Positions 53,791 to 63,829 of a stretch of 64,000 nt of DNA are shown here, in pieces. The notes under the pieces were generated by a model, which did no database searches, was not told the origin of the DNA, and worked only from the letters and a program-made list of their open reading frames with translations. Location of the stretch: NCBI GenBank assembly GCA_963767005.1, contig CAVYCN010000019.1, forward strand, positions 113,730 to 177,729, in the 5' to 3' direction. This DNA is from an uncultured Actinomycetes bacterium (GTDB lineage: Bacteria; Actinomycetota; Thermoleophilia; UBA2241). Within the stretch, counting starts at the first letter, position 1, and the number at the start of each line of letters is the position of its first letter. The position numbers were made by a program, and so were the translations under genes.

Positions 53791-54933
53791 ATGAAGAGGC
53801 GCAGAGACCTGATGACCCTGGTGGTCGTCGCCGCGATCCTCGCCGCCAGCGTCGTGCTGGCCGGCAGCGTCGCACGCGGGGCGACAGGCGGCGGGACCGC
53901 TCTCGGCGTCTCGCCCTCACCGTGGCCGTCGCCGTCGCCGAGCGTCGTGCTGCAGGTCGGCCACGACGGCACGTTCGTGAAGGAGTACACGCTGGCCGAC
54001 CTCGAGGCGCTGCCGGCGTCGGACCCGGGCACCGCCGTGTTCAACGGCTACGCCGGCTTCATGAACACCGGGAACATCGTCTACGGCCCCGATGCCGTGT
54101 CGGGAATCACCCTGTCCGACGTCCTGCAGGATGCGCTGGGGGCGCCGCTCGGCGCGAACCAGTCGGTGCAGTTCATCGGGTCCGACGGCTACGTGCAGAC
54201 GTACTCCGACGCCCAGCTGACCAACGTCGACCAGATGACCCAGCTGTACAACGCGACCACCAAGGCACCGGTGTCGTCGACGAGCTACACGGGACCGTTC
54301 GCCACGGTCCTCCTGTACGCCGACAACACGCCTGGCGGCCAGGTGTTCAACCCTGATCCGCCGCCCGCCGGCGACGGGCCCCTGCGCCTGGCGGTCGCCG
54401 ACGCCACGAACGAGAACGTCGTCATGACCGGCAGCGACAGCGTCAAGTGGCTCGTCAAGCTGAACGTGCTCGACTCCGTGCCCAAGGACTGGAGCCTCAA
54501 GCTGACCGGGCTCAAGATCAAGGGCGTGCGGCAGACGCGCACGATCAGGCGCAACGACTACTCGAGCTGCCTAAGCTGCCACGAGTACTCGCACAAGGGC
54601 CAGTACACGACCCTCGGCCACAAGTGGAGCGGCGTGCCGCTCTACATGCTGATCGGCGAGGTCGACGGCGGCAACACGATGACCTTCAACGCCGCGCTCG
54701 CGAAGAAGGGCTACCGCATCGAGGTCATCACCTCGAAGGGCCAGAAGCGCTACGTGAGCTCGCGCCTGATCGTCTACAAGGGCGAGGGTCGGCGCAAGGT
54801 CGTGCTCGCCTGGACCCGCGACGGCCTGACGCTCCCCAGCAGCTCGTTCCCGCTGCGCCTGGTCGGTCCGACCCTGCTGTCGTCGCAGGAGATCGGCCGC
54901 ATCACGCGGGTCGTGCTGCTGCCCGCGAAGTAA
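53791..54933 (+). CDS. Secreted protein with two SUOX-fold-like domains and a CxxCH motif
   Basis: YTLADLEALP, SDGY, DGPLRL, SVKWL; CLSCH; WSGVPLY, GYRIEV, FPLRLVGP. Confidence 0.7.
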   Translation: MKRRRDLMTLVVVAAILAASVVLAGSVARGATGGGTALGVSPSPWPSPSPSVVLQVGHDGTFVKEYTLADLEALPASDPGTAVFNGYAGFMNTGNIVYGPDAVSGITLSDVLQDALGAPLGANQSVQFIGSDGYVQTYSDAQLTNVDQMTQLYNATTKAPVSSTSYTGPFATVLLYADNTPGGQVFNPDPPPAGDGPLRLAVADATNENVVMTGSDSVKWLVKLNVLDSVPKDWSLKLTGLKIKGVRQTRTIRRNDYSSCLSCHEYSHKGQYTTLGHKWSGVPLYMLIGEVDGGNTMTFNAALAKKGYRIEVITSKGQKRYVSSRLIVYKGEGRRKVVLAWTRDGLTLPSSSFPLRLVGPTLLSSQEIGRITRVVLLPAK

Positions 54934-54944
54934 CAAGAAGACGG

Positions 54945-54981
54945 GGGTGGGGGCGGGCTCTGAAAGAGCCCGCCCCCACCC
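54945..54981. other. Perfect 17-bp intergenic hairpin
   Basis: gggtgggggcgggctct-gaa-agagcccgcccccaccc between paralogs 3 and 4. Confidence 0.6.
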
Positions 54982-55015
54982 GCCACAGGAGCGCGAGGGC
55001 GCCGAAAGGACGGCC

Positions 55016-56062
55016 ATGAGCCATCGCAGCATCGTCACGAGGCCGGCCGGTCTGATCGTCCTCGTGCTCCTCCTCCCCGCGCTCTTACTGGGCGCGGCGC
55101 TGGCCATCGGCGGCCTGGGCGGCTGCGGTGCGGCGGGATCGACCGCCACCTCGCCGAGCTCGGGCGGTCCCGTCGTGGTCACCGTCGCCGGCGCCAAGGG
55201 CAGCAAGTCGTTCACGCTGGCGCAACTCGAGGCGCTGCCCTCCTACACCGGTTACGCCGGCATCAAGGACAGCGTCGGGGTGATCACGCCGCCCACGCAG
55301 TACACGGGCGTGCCGCTCTCCGAGCTCACCGCGCAGGTCGGTGGCGTCGACCCGTCGTACGGCGTCACGGTGCTCGCCAAGGACGGCTACGGCATGACTT
55401 TCTCGGCCGGGCAGGCGGCCGGCGGTGACTTCACGACCTACGACCCGGTGACCGGCGCCGAGCGCTCGCCGGCCTACAAGCTCACGCTCGTGCTCGCCTA
55501 CCGGCACCAGGGCAAGCCGCTCGACCCCTCCGAGGACGGCCCGTTGCATCTGGTCTTCGCCGAGCCCAAGGCCGACGTTGTGGTCGACGGCCACTGGTCG
55601 GTGCGCTGGGTCGACCGGCTCGAGGTCAAGAAGTCGCTCGGCCAGTGGCAGGTGGCGGTGCAGGGCTACACGAGCTCGACGCTCACCCAGGCGTCGTACG
55701 TTTCGTGCGCCTCGCCCGGCTGTCACGGCAGCGAGTACTCAGACACCTCGGGGCAGCGCTGGACCGGCATCCCGCTGTGGCTCGTGGTCGGATCGGTCGA
55801 CGACGGCCGCACCCACGGTGCCGGGGCCTTCGACGTGAAGCTGGCCCGGAAGGGCTACCGGATCGAGCTGATCGCCGCGAACGGCGTCACGACCTTCTTG
55901 AGCTCGCGCGACCTGCTCAGGCACAAGAACTGGATCCTGGCCGGACAGATGGACGGTGAGACGCTGACACCCGACTACTTCCCGCTGCGCCTGGTCGGAC
56001 CGGGCCTCACCGACGACCAGTCGATCGGGCGCATCACCGAGGTGCGACTGCGCTCCGGCTGA
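55016..56062 (+). CDS. Lipoprotein with two SUOX-fold-like domains and a CxxxxCH motif
   Basis: LGGC lipobox; FTLAQLEALP, YTGVPL, AKDGY, LAY...GKPL...DGPLHL, SVRWV; CASPGCH; WTGIPLW, FPLRLVGP. Confidence 0.72.
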   Translation: MSHRSIVTRPAGLIVLVLLLPALLLGAALAIGGLGGCGAAGSTATSPSSGGPVVVTVAGAKGSKSFTLAQLEALPSYTGYAGIKDSVGVITPPTQYTGVPLSELTAQVGGVDPSYGVTVLAKDGYGMTFSAGQAAGGDFTTYDPVTGAERSPAYKLTLVLAYRHQGKPLDPSEDGPLHLVFAEPKADVVVDGHWSVRWVDRLEVKKSLGQWQVAVQGYTSSTLTQASYVSCASPGCHGSEYSDTSGQRWTGIPLWLVVGSVDDGRTHGAGAFDVKLARKGYRIELIAANGVTTFLSSRDLLRHKNWILAGQMDGETLTPDYFPLRLVGPGLTDDQSIGRITEVRLRSG

Positions 56063-56070
56063 GGGTGATC

Positions 56071-57210
56071 ATGGCAGGTTGCAGGCGGGTGGGAGCGACG
56101 ACAGCGGTGCGGCGCGTTTGCGCGATCGCTGCGCGCGCGCTGCTCGCCGCGGCGCTCCTCGCCGCAGCGCTGCTCGGCGTGGCGACGCTCGCCGGCTGCA
56201 CGCACGGCACACACGACAAGACGCTCTCGCTGGTCGACGCCGACAGCCTCATCATCCCGTTCGCGCACCTGGCGCAGGCCTATCATCGGGCCCATCCGGG
56301 CGTGCAGGTCGAGACCGAGACGCACGGCAGCATCCAGACCATCCGTCAGGTCACCGACCTGGGTCGCAGCTTCGACGTGCTCACCTCGGCCGACCCGTAC
56401 CTGGTCACGCTCATGATGGAGGACGCCCGGCATCCGACCGCCGGCTGGTACGCCGTCTTTGCCACGAACCGCATGGTCCTCGCCTGGTCGCCGCACAGCC
56501 GCTTCGCGGCGCTGTTCCGTTCGGGGGACTGGGTCAAGGCGATCACCACGCCGGGTGTGCAGCTCGGCCTGGCCGACCCACGCTTCGACGCGACGGGCTA
56601 CCGGGCCCTCATGGTGCTCGCGCTGGCGCAGCGCTATTACAACGACGACCACCTGTTCGCCGACGTCACGGTCGGCCGGTTCTCGCCGCCGATCACGCTG
56701 ACGAGCGAGCGCGACGGCCGCGAGGTGATCGACGTGCCCGAACTCCTCGAGGCCGCGTCGGGCACGGGACTCGTGCTGCGCGACACCGCCATCGAGCTCG
56801 AGACGCTGCTCGAGGCGGGCGACATCGACTGTACGTTCGAATACGAGAGCGTCGCTCGTCAGCACCACATGCCGTTCGTGTCACTGCCGGCCGCCGTCGA
56901 CCTGGGCTCGCAACGCTACGCCACCGAATATGCGAAGGTCGCGGTCGCGACGCCGTTCCAGCGCTTCGCGAGCGTCAAGCCGCTGTTCGTGGGCGCACCG
57001 ATCGCCTACGCGGTGACGATCCCGAGCACGGCCCGGAACACCGCCGAGTCGGAGCGGTTCATCGCCTTCCTGCTCGGCCCCCAGGGCCGCGCCATCCTCG
57101 CGGCCGACGACCAGCCGAGCGTGACGCCGGCGCTCGTCGACCACTACGCGGCGCTGCCGGCGTCGCTGCGGGCGCTCTGCCGGCCGCTGCAGCCTGGGCA
57201 GGCGCCGTGA
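56071..57210 (+). CDS. wtpA: WtpA-like tungstate/molybdate-binding lipoprotein
   Basis: LAGC lipobox, HGSIQTIRQVTDL, SAD, FATNRMVLA, DATGYR, FEYESVA.QH, PIAYAVTIP. Confidence 0.8.
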   Translation: MAGCRRVGATTAVRRVCAIAARALLAAALLAAALLGVATLAGCTHGTHDKTLSLVDADSLIIPFAHLAQAYHRAHPGVQVETETHGSIQTIRQVTDLGRSFDVLTSADPYLVTLMMEDARHPTAGWYAVFATNRMVLAWSPHSRFAALFRSGDWVKAITTPGVQLGLADPRFDATGYRALMVLALAQRYYNDDHLFADVTVGRFSPPITLTSERDGREVIDVPELLEAASGTGLVLRDTAIELETLLEAGDIDCTFEYESVARQHHMPFVSLPAAVDLGSQRYATEYAKVAVATPFQRFASVKPLFVGAPIAYAVTIPSTARNTAESERFIAFLLGPQGRAILAADDQPSVTPALVDHYAALPASLRALCRPLQPGQAP

Positions 57211-58072
57211 GCGCACGGGTCGAACGGTCGAGGAGCGCGAGGGGCGGGGCGGCGGCGAGGCCGCGCGGCCTCGCCGCCGCCCCGCCGCCTTTTCGGTCCT
57301 TTCCGGGGCGCTCGGCTTCGTCCTGCTGCTGTTCGTGGCGGCGCCGCTCGTCGCCCTGGTCACCGGAACGAGCCTGCACGAGCTGCTGAGCACGCTCGGC
57401 GAGTCCGACATCCGCGCCGCTCTGGCGACTTCGGTCGAGGCCGCTGTCCTGGCTACGGTCCTCGCCGCGATCTTCGGCGTGCCGCTCGCCTACCTGCTCG
57501 CGCGCCGCAGCTTCGCCGGGAAGCGCCTGATCGAGGGCCTGATCGACCTGCCCATCGTCTTTCCGCACACCGCCGCCGGCATCGCGTTGCTGCTCGTGTT
57601 CGGTCGCAGCGGCGCCTTCGGCCGCGGCTTCGCGCATCTCGGCCTGGCCTTCACCGACACCCTGGCCGGCGTCGTCGTGGCGATGCTCTTCGTGAGCCTG
57701 CCGTTCCTGGTCGACACGGCGCGCGAGTCGTTCGCGCTGGTCGACCCCGGCTACGAACGGGTGGCCCGCACCCTGGGCGCCTCGCCGGGCGTCGCCTTCG
57801 TTCGGATCGCGCTGCCACTCGCCTGGCGCGGCGTCCTGGCCGGCGCGTTGCTCATGTGGGCGCGCGGCATGAGCGAGTTCGGCGCCATCGTGATCCTCGC
57901 CTACAACCCCAAGACGATGTCGGTGCTCGTCTATGAGCGGTTCGAGGGCCTCGGTCTGGGCGCCGCCAAGCCGGCCGCGCTGCTCATCGTGCTGCTCGCG
58001 CTGGTCGTGTTCGTCGTGGTGCGCTCGATCGGCGGGCGGGAGCGATCCGACGGACGAGGGCGGTCCGCATGA
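57207..58072 (+). CDS. wtpB: WtpB-like ABC permease (N-terminal frameshift)
   Basis: IDLPIVFPHTAAGIALL, FVSLPF, WARGMSEFGAIVILAYNP. Confidence 0.85.
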
Positions 58073-59304
58073 TCGGCGCCCGCGGGCTTCAGGTGCGCGC
58101 CGGCTCGTTCACGCTCGGGCCGATCGACCTCGCCGTGGCCGACGGCGAGTATCTCGCCGTGGTCGGTCCGAGTGGGGCCGGCAAGAGCGTGCTGCTCGAG
58201 ACCCTCGCCGGCCTGCGGCCGGCCGCGGGCGGCCACGTCGTGGCCGGCGACGGCGAAGCCGCGAACGGCCCGCCGAGCGGCCTGCGGTCGGGAGCTGGCG
58301 GAGGCGACGGCGCCGACGTGACCGGACTGCCGCCCGAGCGCCGCGGCATCGGTCTGGTCGGGCAGCAGCCGCTGCTGTTCCCCCACCTGACGGTCGCCGC
58401 CAACATCGCCTTCGGTCCGGGCGTCGCGGCCGGCGGGGCGGCGCGCTGGTTCGGGACAGGGCACAGACGGAGCGGAGCCGCCGGGAGACCGGCCGGCGCC
58501 GGCGGCGCCGGCGGCAGCGACGGCGACGTCAGCAGCAGCGGCGACGTCGTGCGCGAGGTCGCCGAGGCGCTCGGAGTGGTCTCGCTGCTGCGTCGCCGGC
58601 CCGGGTCGCTGTCGGGCGGCGAGCGCCAGCGCGTCGCGCTGGCCCGTGCGCTCGCCGCCCGTCCGCGCGCCTTGCTCCTCGACGAGCCGCTCAGCGCCCT
58701 CGACCCCGAGGCGCGCGAGGAGCTGCAGGCCGAGCTGCGCCGCGTGCACGAACGCTTCGCCATGACGATCGTGCACGTCACGCACAGCCTCGACGAGGCG
58801 TTGGCGGTCGCGGGTCGCTGCGCCGTGCTGGTCGCCGGGCGGGTCGCGCAGGACGGGCCGATCGACGCGGTGATCGCACGGCCGGCGAGCGCCGCCGTGG
58901 CGCGCCTGACGGGAGCCCGCAACGTGGTGTCCGCCACCGCGCGCCCGGCCACCGACGGCGCCGGCTGCGAGGTGACGCTCACCGACGGCCTCACGCTGCG
59001 TTCGGCCGCCGTCGCGCAGGGGCCTGTCGTCGTCGTCGTGCGCGCCGACGCCATCCGGTTGAGCCGGCCCGCGGCGACCGCGGGCGAGGCCAGCGCGGGC
59101 CGTGAACGACCAGCGTGCGATCTCGTCGTGGCACACGTCCTCGAGGTGCGGGACGTGGCGAGCGGTCTGCTGGTCTCGGTCGACGCCGGTGGGCTGACGG
59201 TGCTGGTGCCGAGGGCCTACGCCGACGGCGCGCGACCGAGTGTGGGTGACGACGTCGAGCTCGCGGTCCCGCACGGCGCCGTCCATGTCATTCCTGAACC
59301 GTGA
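58069..59304 (+). CDS. wtpC: WtpC-like ABC ATPase
   Basis: GPSGAGKSVLLE, LSGGERQR, LLDEPLSALD, HVTH. Confidence 0.82.
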   Translation: MIGARGLQVRAGSFTLGPIDLAVADGEYLAVVGPSGAGKSVLLETLAGLRPAAGGHVVAGDGEAANGPPSGLRSGAGGGDGADVTGLPPERRGIGLVGQQPLLFPHLTVAANIAFGPGVAAGGAARWFGTGHRRSGAAGRPAGAGGAGGSDGDVSSSGDVVREVAEALGVVSLLRRRPGSLSGGERQRVALARALAARPRALLLDEPLSALDPEAREELQAELRRVHERFAMTIVHVTHSLDEALAVAGRCAVLVAGRVAQDGPIDAVIARPASAAVARLTGARNVVSATARPATDGAGCEVTLTDGLTLRSAAVAQGPVVVVVRADAIRLSRPAATAGEASAGRERPACDLVVAHVLEVRDVASGLLVSVDAGGLTVLVPRAYADGARPSVGDDVELAVPHGAVHVIPEP

Positions 59305-59329
59305 CGGACTGCCGCGGGGATCGCCGAAG

Positions 59330-61358
59330 ATGGGCAGCATGACGAGACGGCGACATGGGTGGCGCGGCCCTCGCAGGGGCCCCGCGCGCGAGGTGCGGCC
59401 GGCCCGGCCCCGGGCCGGCGTGGCGGTCGCACTCGTCGGCCTCGTGGCGGTCCTGGCCTGCGCCCTGCCGGCCGCGGCCGCGGCCGGCACGCTCGAGGCC
59501 GGCACGCCGGGCCATCCCTTCAGCAAGGTCATCACGAACCTGAGCGACAAGAACGCCGACGGGCTTGCGATCGTCGGCACGTCGAACCAGAGTCTCACGC
59601 TCAAGCGGTGCGTCCTGTGGACGGCGGGTGACGGGTCGCCGGCGAGTGGGACCTGGGGGTCGGCCCAGTGGCTGTCGAACGGCTCGCGGCTCGTTTGCGG
59701 CGGCGGCGCCGTGCAGGAGGTCGGCGTGAACGGTACGACCACCTGGACCTACCCCACCGGCGGCGCGGGCGTCGATCCGACCTGGGCGTGGGAGTTCGGG
59801 CAGGGTGGCCACACGTACGTGCTCATCTGCGACGAGCTCTCGAGAAGCGTGTTCGCCGTGGATCGGGGCAGCGACGCGGTCGTCTGGACCTGCTCCGACA
59901 TCGCCGATCCCGTCTGCGCGCGGTACGTGGGCACGTCGGGCACCGTGCTGATCGCCGACGACGATCCGGCCGCGCCCGAGGTCATCGAGGTGTCCTTCGA
60001 TCCGGGTTCGAGCCCGCAGACGATCTGGAGCTACGGCGGGACGAGCGGCACCGGCTTCGACCAGGTCATGGGTCCGACCGACGTGTATCGCGAGAGCGAC
60101 GGCTCGACCCTGATCGCCGACGCCGCAGCCGACAGAGTGATCCGGGTGGGGCCGGGCAGCCAGGACGTGTCCTGGCAGTACCCGGCGGCAGGGTCGGAGA
60201 GTGGCACCCTGAACGACCCCATGGGCGTGGGGGTCGAGCAGGACGACGTGATGATCGCCGACACCGGTCACGGGCGGGTGATCGAGGTCGACCCGGGTAG
60301 CGACGCCGTTGTCTGGAGCTCGGCCGACCTCGGGTCATCGGCTCCGGCGCTTTCCGTGCCCCGCGTCGCCGAACGAGTGACGGGCTCCGCGCCCTCCGGG
60401 TTGCAGGGCGATAGCACCACCGTCGACGGCGGGCTGCTGGTCTGCGACCAGGGTGGGCAGGATCTCGCGCTGATCGGTAACACCACGGGCGCGCAAGTCG
60501 ACACGAAGTCGTTCAGGCTGGCGAGCGGGGGCAAGCAGGCTCACCTCCTGAGACTCAGGCTGGACGCCTCCGTGCCGACGGCCACGCACACGGAGCTGTA
60601 CTACACGCCGTCCGACGGTGTCCAGCGGGGCCCGTTCGGTCGCGGCGTCATCTCGGTCAGGAGCGTGGTGACGACGAGGGTCAGCTTCGTCCTCGCTCTG
60701 AACAGCGACGACCTCTGGCTCACGCCCACGGTCAAGGACATCGTCCTGACCTATACGGCAGGCGAGACCAAGGCAAAGACGTTGGGCAACGGCGGCGCGA
60801 CCGGCGGCAACGGCACGGCATCCGGCGCGGGCACGGGCACAGGCAGCGGCGTCGGCGGCTCGGGGAACGGTTCGGGGGTCGGCGCCGGTCAGGGCACGAG
60901 CGCCGACCTGGGCGGCAGCGGCAGCGCCGGCAGCTCGGGCTCGACCGCGCAGTCCGGCGGTGCGAACGTGGTGGTGCCGGCCGGCGCCCAGGTCGCGACG
61001 ACCGGCGGCGCGGCCACCGCAGGCACGATCACCGGCGTACCGGTGAACGTCGGGAACCTCAGCGGCGGGGCGCTCGGCGGTGGGGGGCAGCCCGCCGCCC
61101 CGCGTCTCGGACCTCGCCGCCGACCTGCGCGTGGCCGGCGCGGCGGTGTTCGTCGGCTGCCTGCTGCTCTGCCCGTCGTTCGTGGTGCGTCGCCGTCTGC
61201 GCCGCCTCGCCAGCCACGAGCCGACGGACGTCGTGGACGCGTGGATCGTGGAGGCGGCGCCCCCGGGGCGGTCGCCGAAGGGCGGCCCGTGGGGCGGTCG
61301 AGGCCGCCGCGCGTCGTGGCACCGACCGAACGCTACGGAGCGCCCGGCTCGTCGGTGA
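59330..61358 (+). CDS. Secreted NHL/beta-propeller-like surface protein with Gly-rich stalk and C-terminal membrane anchor (frameshift ~61085)
   Basis: Signal peptide; LICDE, LIADD, LIADAAADRVI, IADTGHGRVIEV, WQY; Gly-rich linker; AAVFVGCLLLCPSFVVRRRLRRL in ORF 61080..61358. Confidence 0.7.
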
Positions 61359-62514
61359 GGCCGCACGCCTCGTTCAGGGCATCCGCGGTCAGGCTGACGT
61401 CTTCGGCGGTGTTCAGGTAGCCGACGCTGAGACGCACGGCGCCGTCGGGGAACGTGCCGAGGTGCCGGTGCGCATAGGGGGCGCAGTCGAGGCCCGCGCG
61501 CACGGCGATGTCGAACGTGTGGTCGAGCAGCAGGCCGAGCTCGGCGGGGCTGAACCCGGCCAGGTTGAACGACAGGAGGGCGACGCGGTCCGCGCCGCCG
61601 CGTCGCAAGAACGCTTCGTCGGCCCCGTAGAAGGCGAAGCGGCCGGGCGTCGCCAGCTTCTGCAGAAACAGCGTCACGAGCGCCCTCTCGCGCCGGCCGA
61701 TGACCTCGGCGCCCTCTTGGAGCACGGTGCGCACACCCTCGCGCAACCCGGCGATGCCGAAGACGTTGGGCGTGCCCCCCTCCAGGCGGTAGGGCAGCTC
61801 CTCGGGCTGCAGCGGACTCGCCGAATCGCCGCCGGTGCCGCCGTCGCGCCACGACGCCGGCTCCACGCGGTCGCCCACGACCAGGCCGCCGGTGCCGGTC
61901 GGTCCGAGGAGGCCCTTGTGGCCGGTGAAGGCCAGCAGGTCGATCGCGTCGCGCTCGACATCGATGGGCACAGTGCCTGCGGTCTGGGCGGCATCCACCA
62001 GGAGCAGGCCGTCGCGCTCGCGGACCAGGCGTCCTATCTCACCCACCGGCTGCACGGTGCCGGTCACGTTGGAGGCGTGGGTCACCGCCACGAGCCGTGT
62101 GTCGGGGCGCCAGGCCGCCGCGACCGCCTGCGGGTCGAGCACGTGGTCGACGCCGGCCGGCAGGCGGGTGAGAGTGATCGCGCCATCGTGCTCAAGGCGA
62201 TTGAGCGGCCGGTTCACCGAGTTGTGTTCGAGCACAGATGTGATGACGTGGTCTCCCGGCCGCAGCACTCCCTTGATCGCCATGTTGAGGGCGTCGGTCG
62301 CGTTCAGGGTGAAGACGACCCGTTCGGGCCGCGGCGCTCCGAACAAGCGGGCGAGCAGTCGCCGCGTGTTGTCGATCATCGCCTCGGCCTCCACGGCGAG
62401 GCGATGTCCGGCGCGTCCGGGGTTTCCCCCCGATGCCCGCGCGAACATCTCCACAGCGCGGTAGACCACCTCGGGCTTCGGATACGAGGTGGCGGCGCTG
62501 TCGAGGTAGATCAT
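61333..62514 (-). CDS. Cysteine desulfurase (class V aminotransferase) family protein
   Basis: MIYLDSAATSYPKP, LEHNS, DAAQTAG, FTGHKGLLGP, EGGTPN, RAGLDCAP. Confidence 0.9.
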   Translation of the reverse strand: MIYLDSAATSYPKPEVVYRAVEMFARASGGNPGRAGHRLAVEAEAMIDNTRRLLARLFGAPRPERVVFTLNATDALNMAIKGVLRPGDHVITSVLEHNSVNRPLNRLEHDGAITLTRLPAGVDHVLDPQAVAAAWRPDTRLVAVTHASNVTGTVQPVGEIGRLVRERDGLLLVDAAQTAGTVPIDVERDAIDLLAFTGHKGLLGPTGTGGLVVGDRVEPASWRDGGTGGDSASPLQPEELPYRLEGGTPNVFGIAGLREGVRTVLQEGAEVIGRRERALVTLFLQKLATPGRFAFYGADEAFLRRGGADRVALLSFNLAGFSPAELGLLLDHTFDIAVRAGLDCAPYAHRHLGTFPDGAVRLSVGYLNTAEDVSLTADALNEACGLTDEPGAP

Positions 62515-62528
62515 GCTCGCCGCGGCCG

Positions 62529-63587
62529 CTAGGTGCCGATGTAGCGGGCGTAGACGGACTTGGCGACGGCCGGATCGTCGGTGCCGGCCACGATCGTCCG
62601 ACCGTCGGCGAAGACGGTCAGCTCGTAGCGGTCGATCGTGGCCCGCAGCAGAAAGCGGTTGCGCTCCACGCTGCCCAGCGGCGCGAGGCGCGCAGCCAGC
62701 GCATCGAGGTCGAGACTCGTGTCTGGGCGGGCGCGCACCTGGACCGCGTCGCGCCCGCACAGCGCGGTCGTCTCGGACGACCGCCCGCCGTTCAGGAACT
62801 CGAGGTCGCCCTCACCGCAACAGCGGCACTGCGGGTCGCGGTCCGGCAGCTCGGCGGTCTCGAGCTGGTTGGCCCAGACGTCGACGACCGCCATGCGGCG
62901 GTTCACCAGCCGCGGCTGCCCGCTCAGGACCTTGAGCGCCTCGGCGACCTGGAGCGACGCGACGACGCCGACGATCGGCCCGAGCACGCCGGCGGTGTCG
63001 CAGCTCGCGGCGGTGCCCGCCGGCGGCACCTGGGGAAAGACGCACCGCAGACAGGGCGTCTCGCCCGGCAGGACCGCGAATGCCACCCCGTAGGAGCTCA
63101 CGCAGGCGCCGTAGATCCAGGGGGTGCCGGTCGCCACCGCGTAGTCGTTCAGCAGGTACCGGGTGTCGAAGTTGTCGGTGGCATCGAGGATGACGTCGGC
63201 GCCCACGAGCAGGCGTGCCACGTTGGTGCTGTTCACGTCCTCGACGAGGCCCTCGACGGTGACGAGAGAGTTCGCGGCCCGCAAACGCTCGGCCGCGGCC
63301 GCCGCTTTGGGCCGCAGCTCGCGAGCATCGGCCTCGTCGAAGAGCACCTGGCGCTGGAGGTTGCTCTCCTCGATCAAGTCGCGGTCGATGATGCGCACCC
63401 GGCCGACGCCGGCGCGCACGAGCAGTGTGGCCTGCACGCAGCCAAGGCCGCCGCAGCCGACGACGGCGGCGGTCGCGTCGATCAGCGCGCGCTGGCCGCT
63501 CGCCCCCAGGCCAGCGAAGAGGACCTGGCGGGCGTACTTCGCCGGAATCCCCTGCAGACTGTCCTGTGCCTGGTCCACCAGTCGCAC
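62529..63587 (-). CDS. ThiF/MoeB family adenylyltransferase
   Basis: YARQ, VGCGGLG, DRD..E.SNLQRQ, DNFDTR, PCLRC, C..C. Confidence 0.9.
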   Translation of the reverse strand: MRLVDQAQDSLQGIPAKYARQVLFAGLGASGQRALIDATAAVVGCGGLGCVQATLLVRAGVGRVRIIDRDLIEESNLQRQVLFDEADARELRPKAAAAAERLRAANSLVTVEGLVEDVNSTNVARLLVGADVILDATDNFDTRYLLNDYAVATGTPWIYGACVSSYGVAFAVLPGETPCLRCVFPQVPPAGTAASCDTAGVLGPIVGVVASLQVAEALKVLSGQPRLVNRRMAVVDVWANQLETAELPDRDPQCRCCGEGDLEFLNGGRSSETTALCGRDAVQVRARPDTSLDLDALAARLAPLGSVERNRFLLRATIDRYELTVFADGRTIVAGTDDPAVAKSVYARYIGT

Positions 63588-63829
63588 TCCGCCCCTGTGG
63601 CCCGCCTGCGCCTCCCGCGGGGCCTGCGGCGCGGCGCGACGACGACCGAGGTCCGCAGGTATCGGCCCGCGCCCCGATCCTCATCTTATGGTAGTCCAAG
63701 TGCGCCCGTACGCGCAGCGAGAAGGGCCATACGGCAGGCGATTGCCTGCCGGCCCGGCGACCGTCTACAATGGTGCCCGTTCTCCACCACGTGAATAACG
63801 CACCGTCGAAGCAAAGCAGGAGGGGCGCC

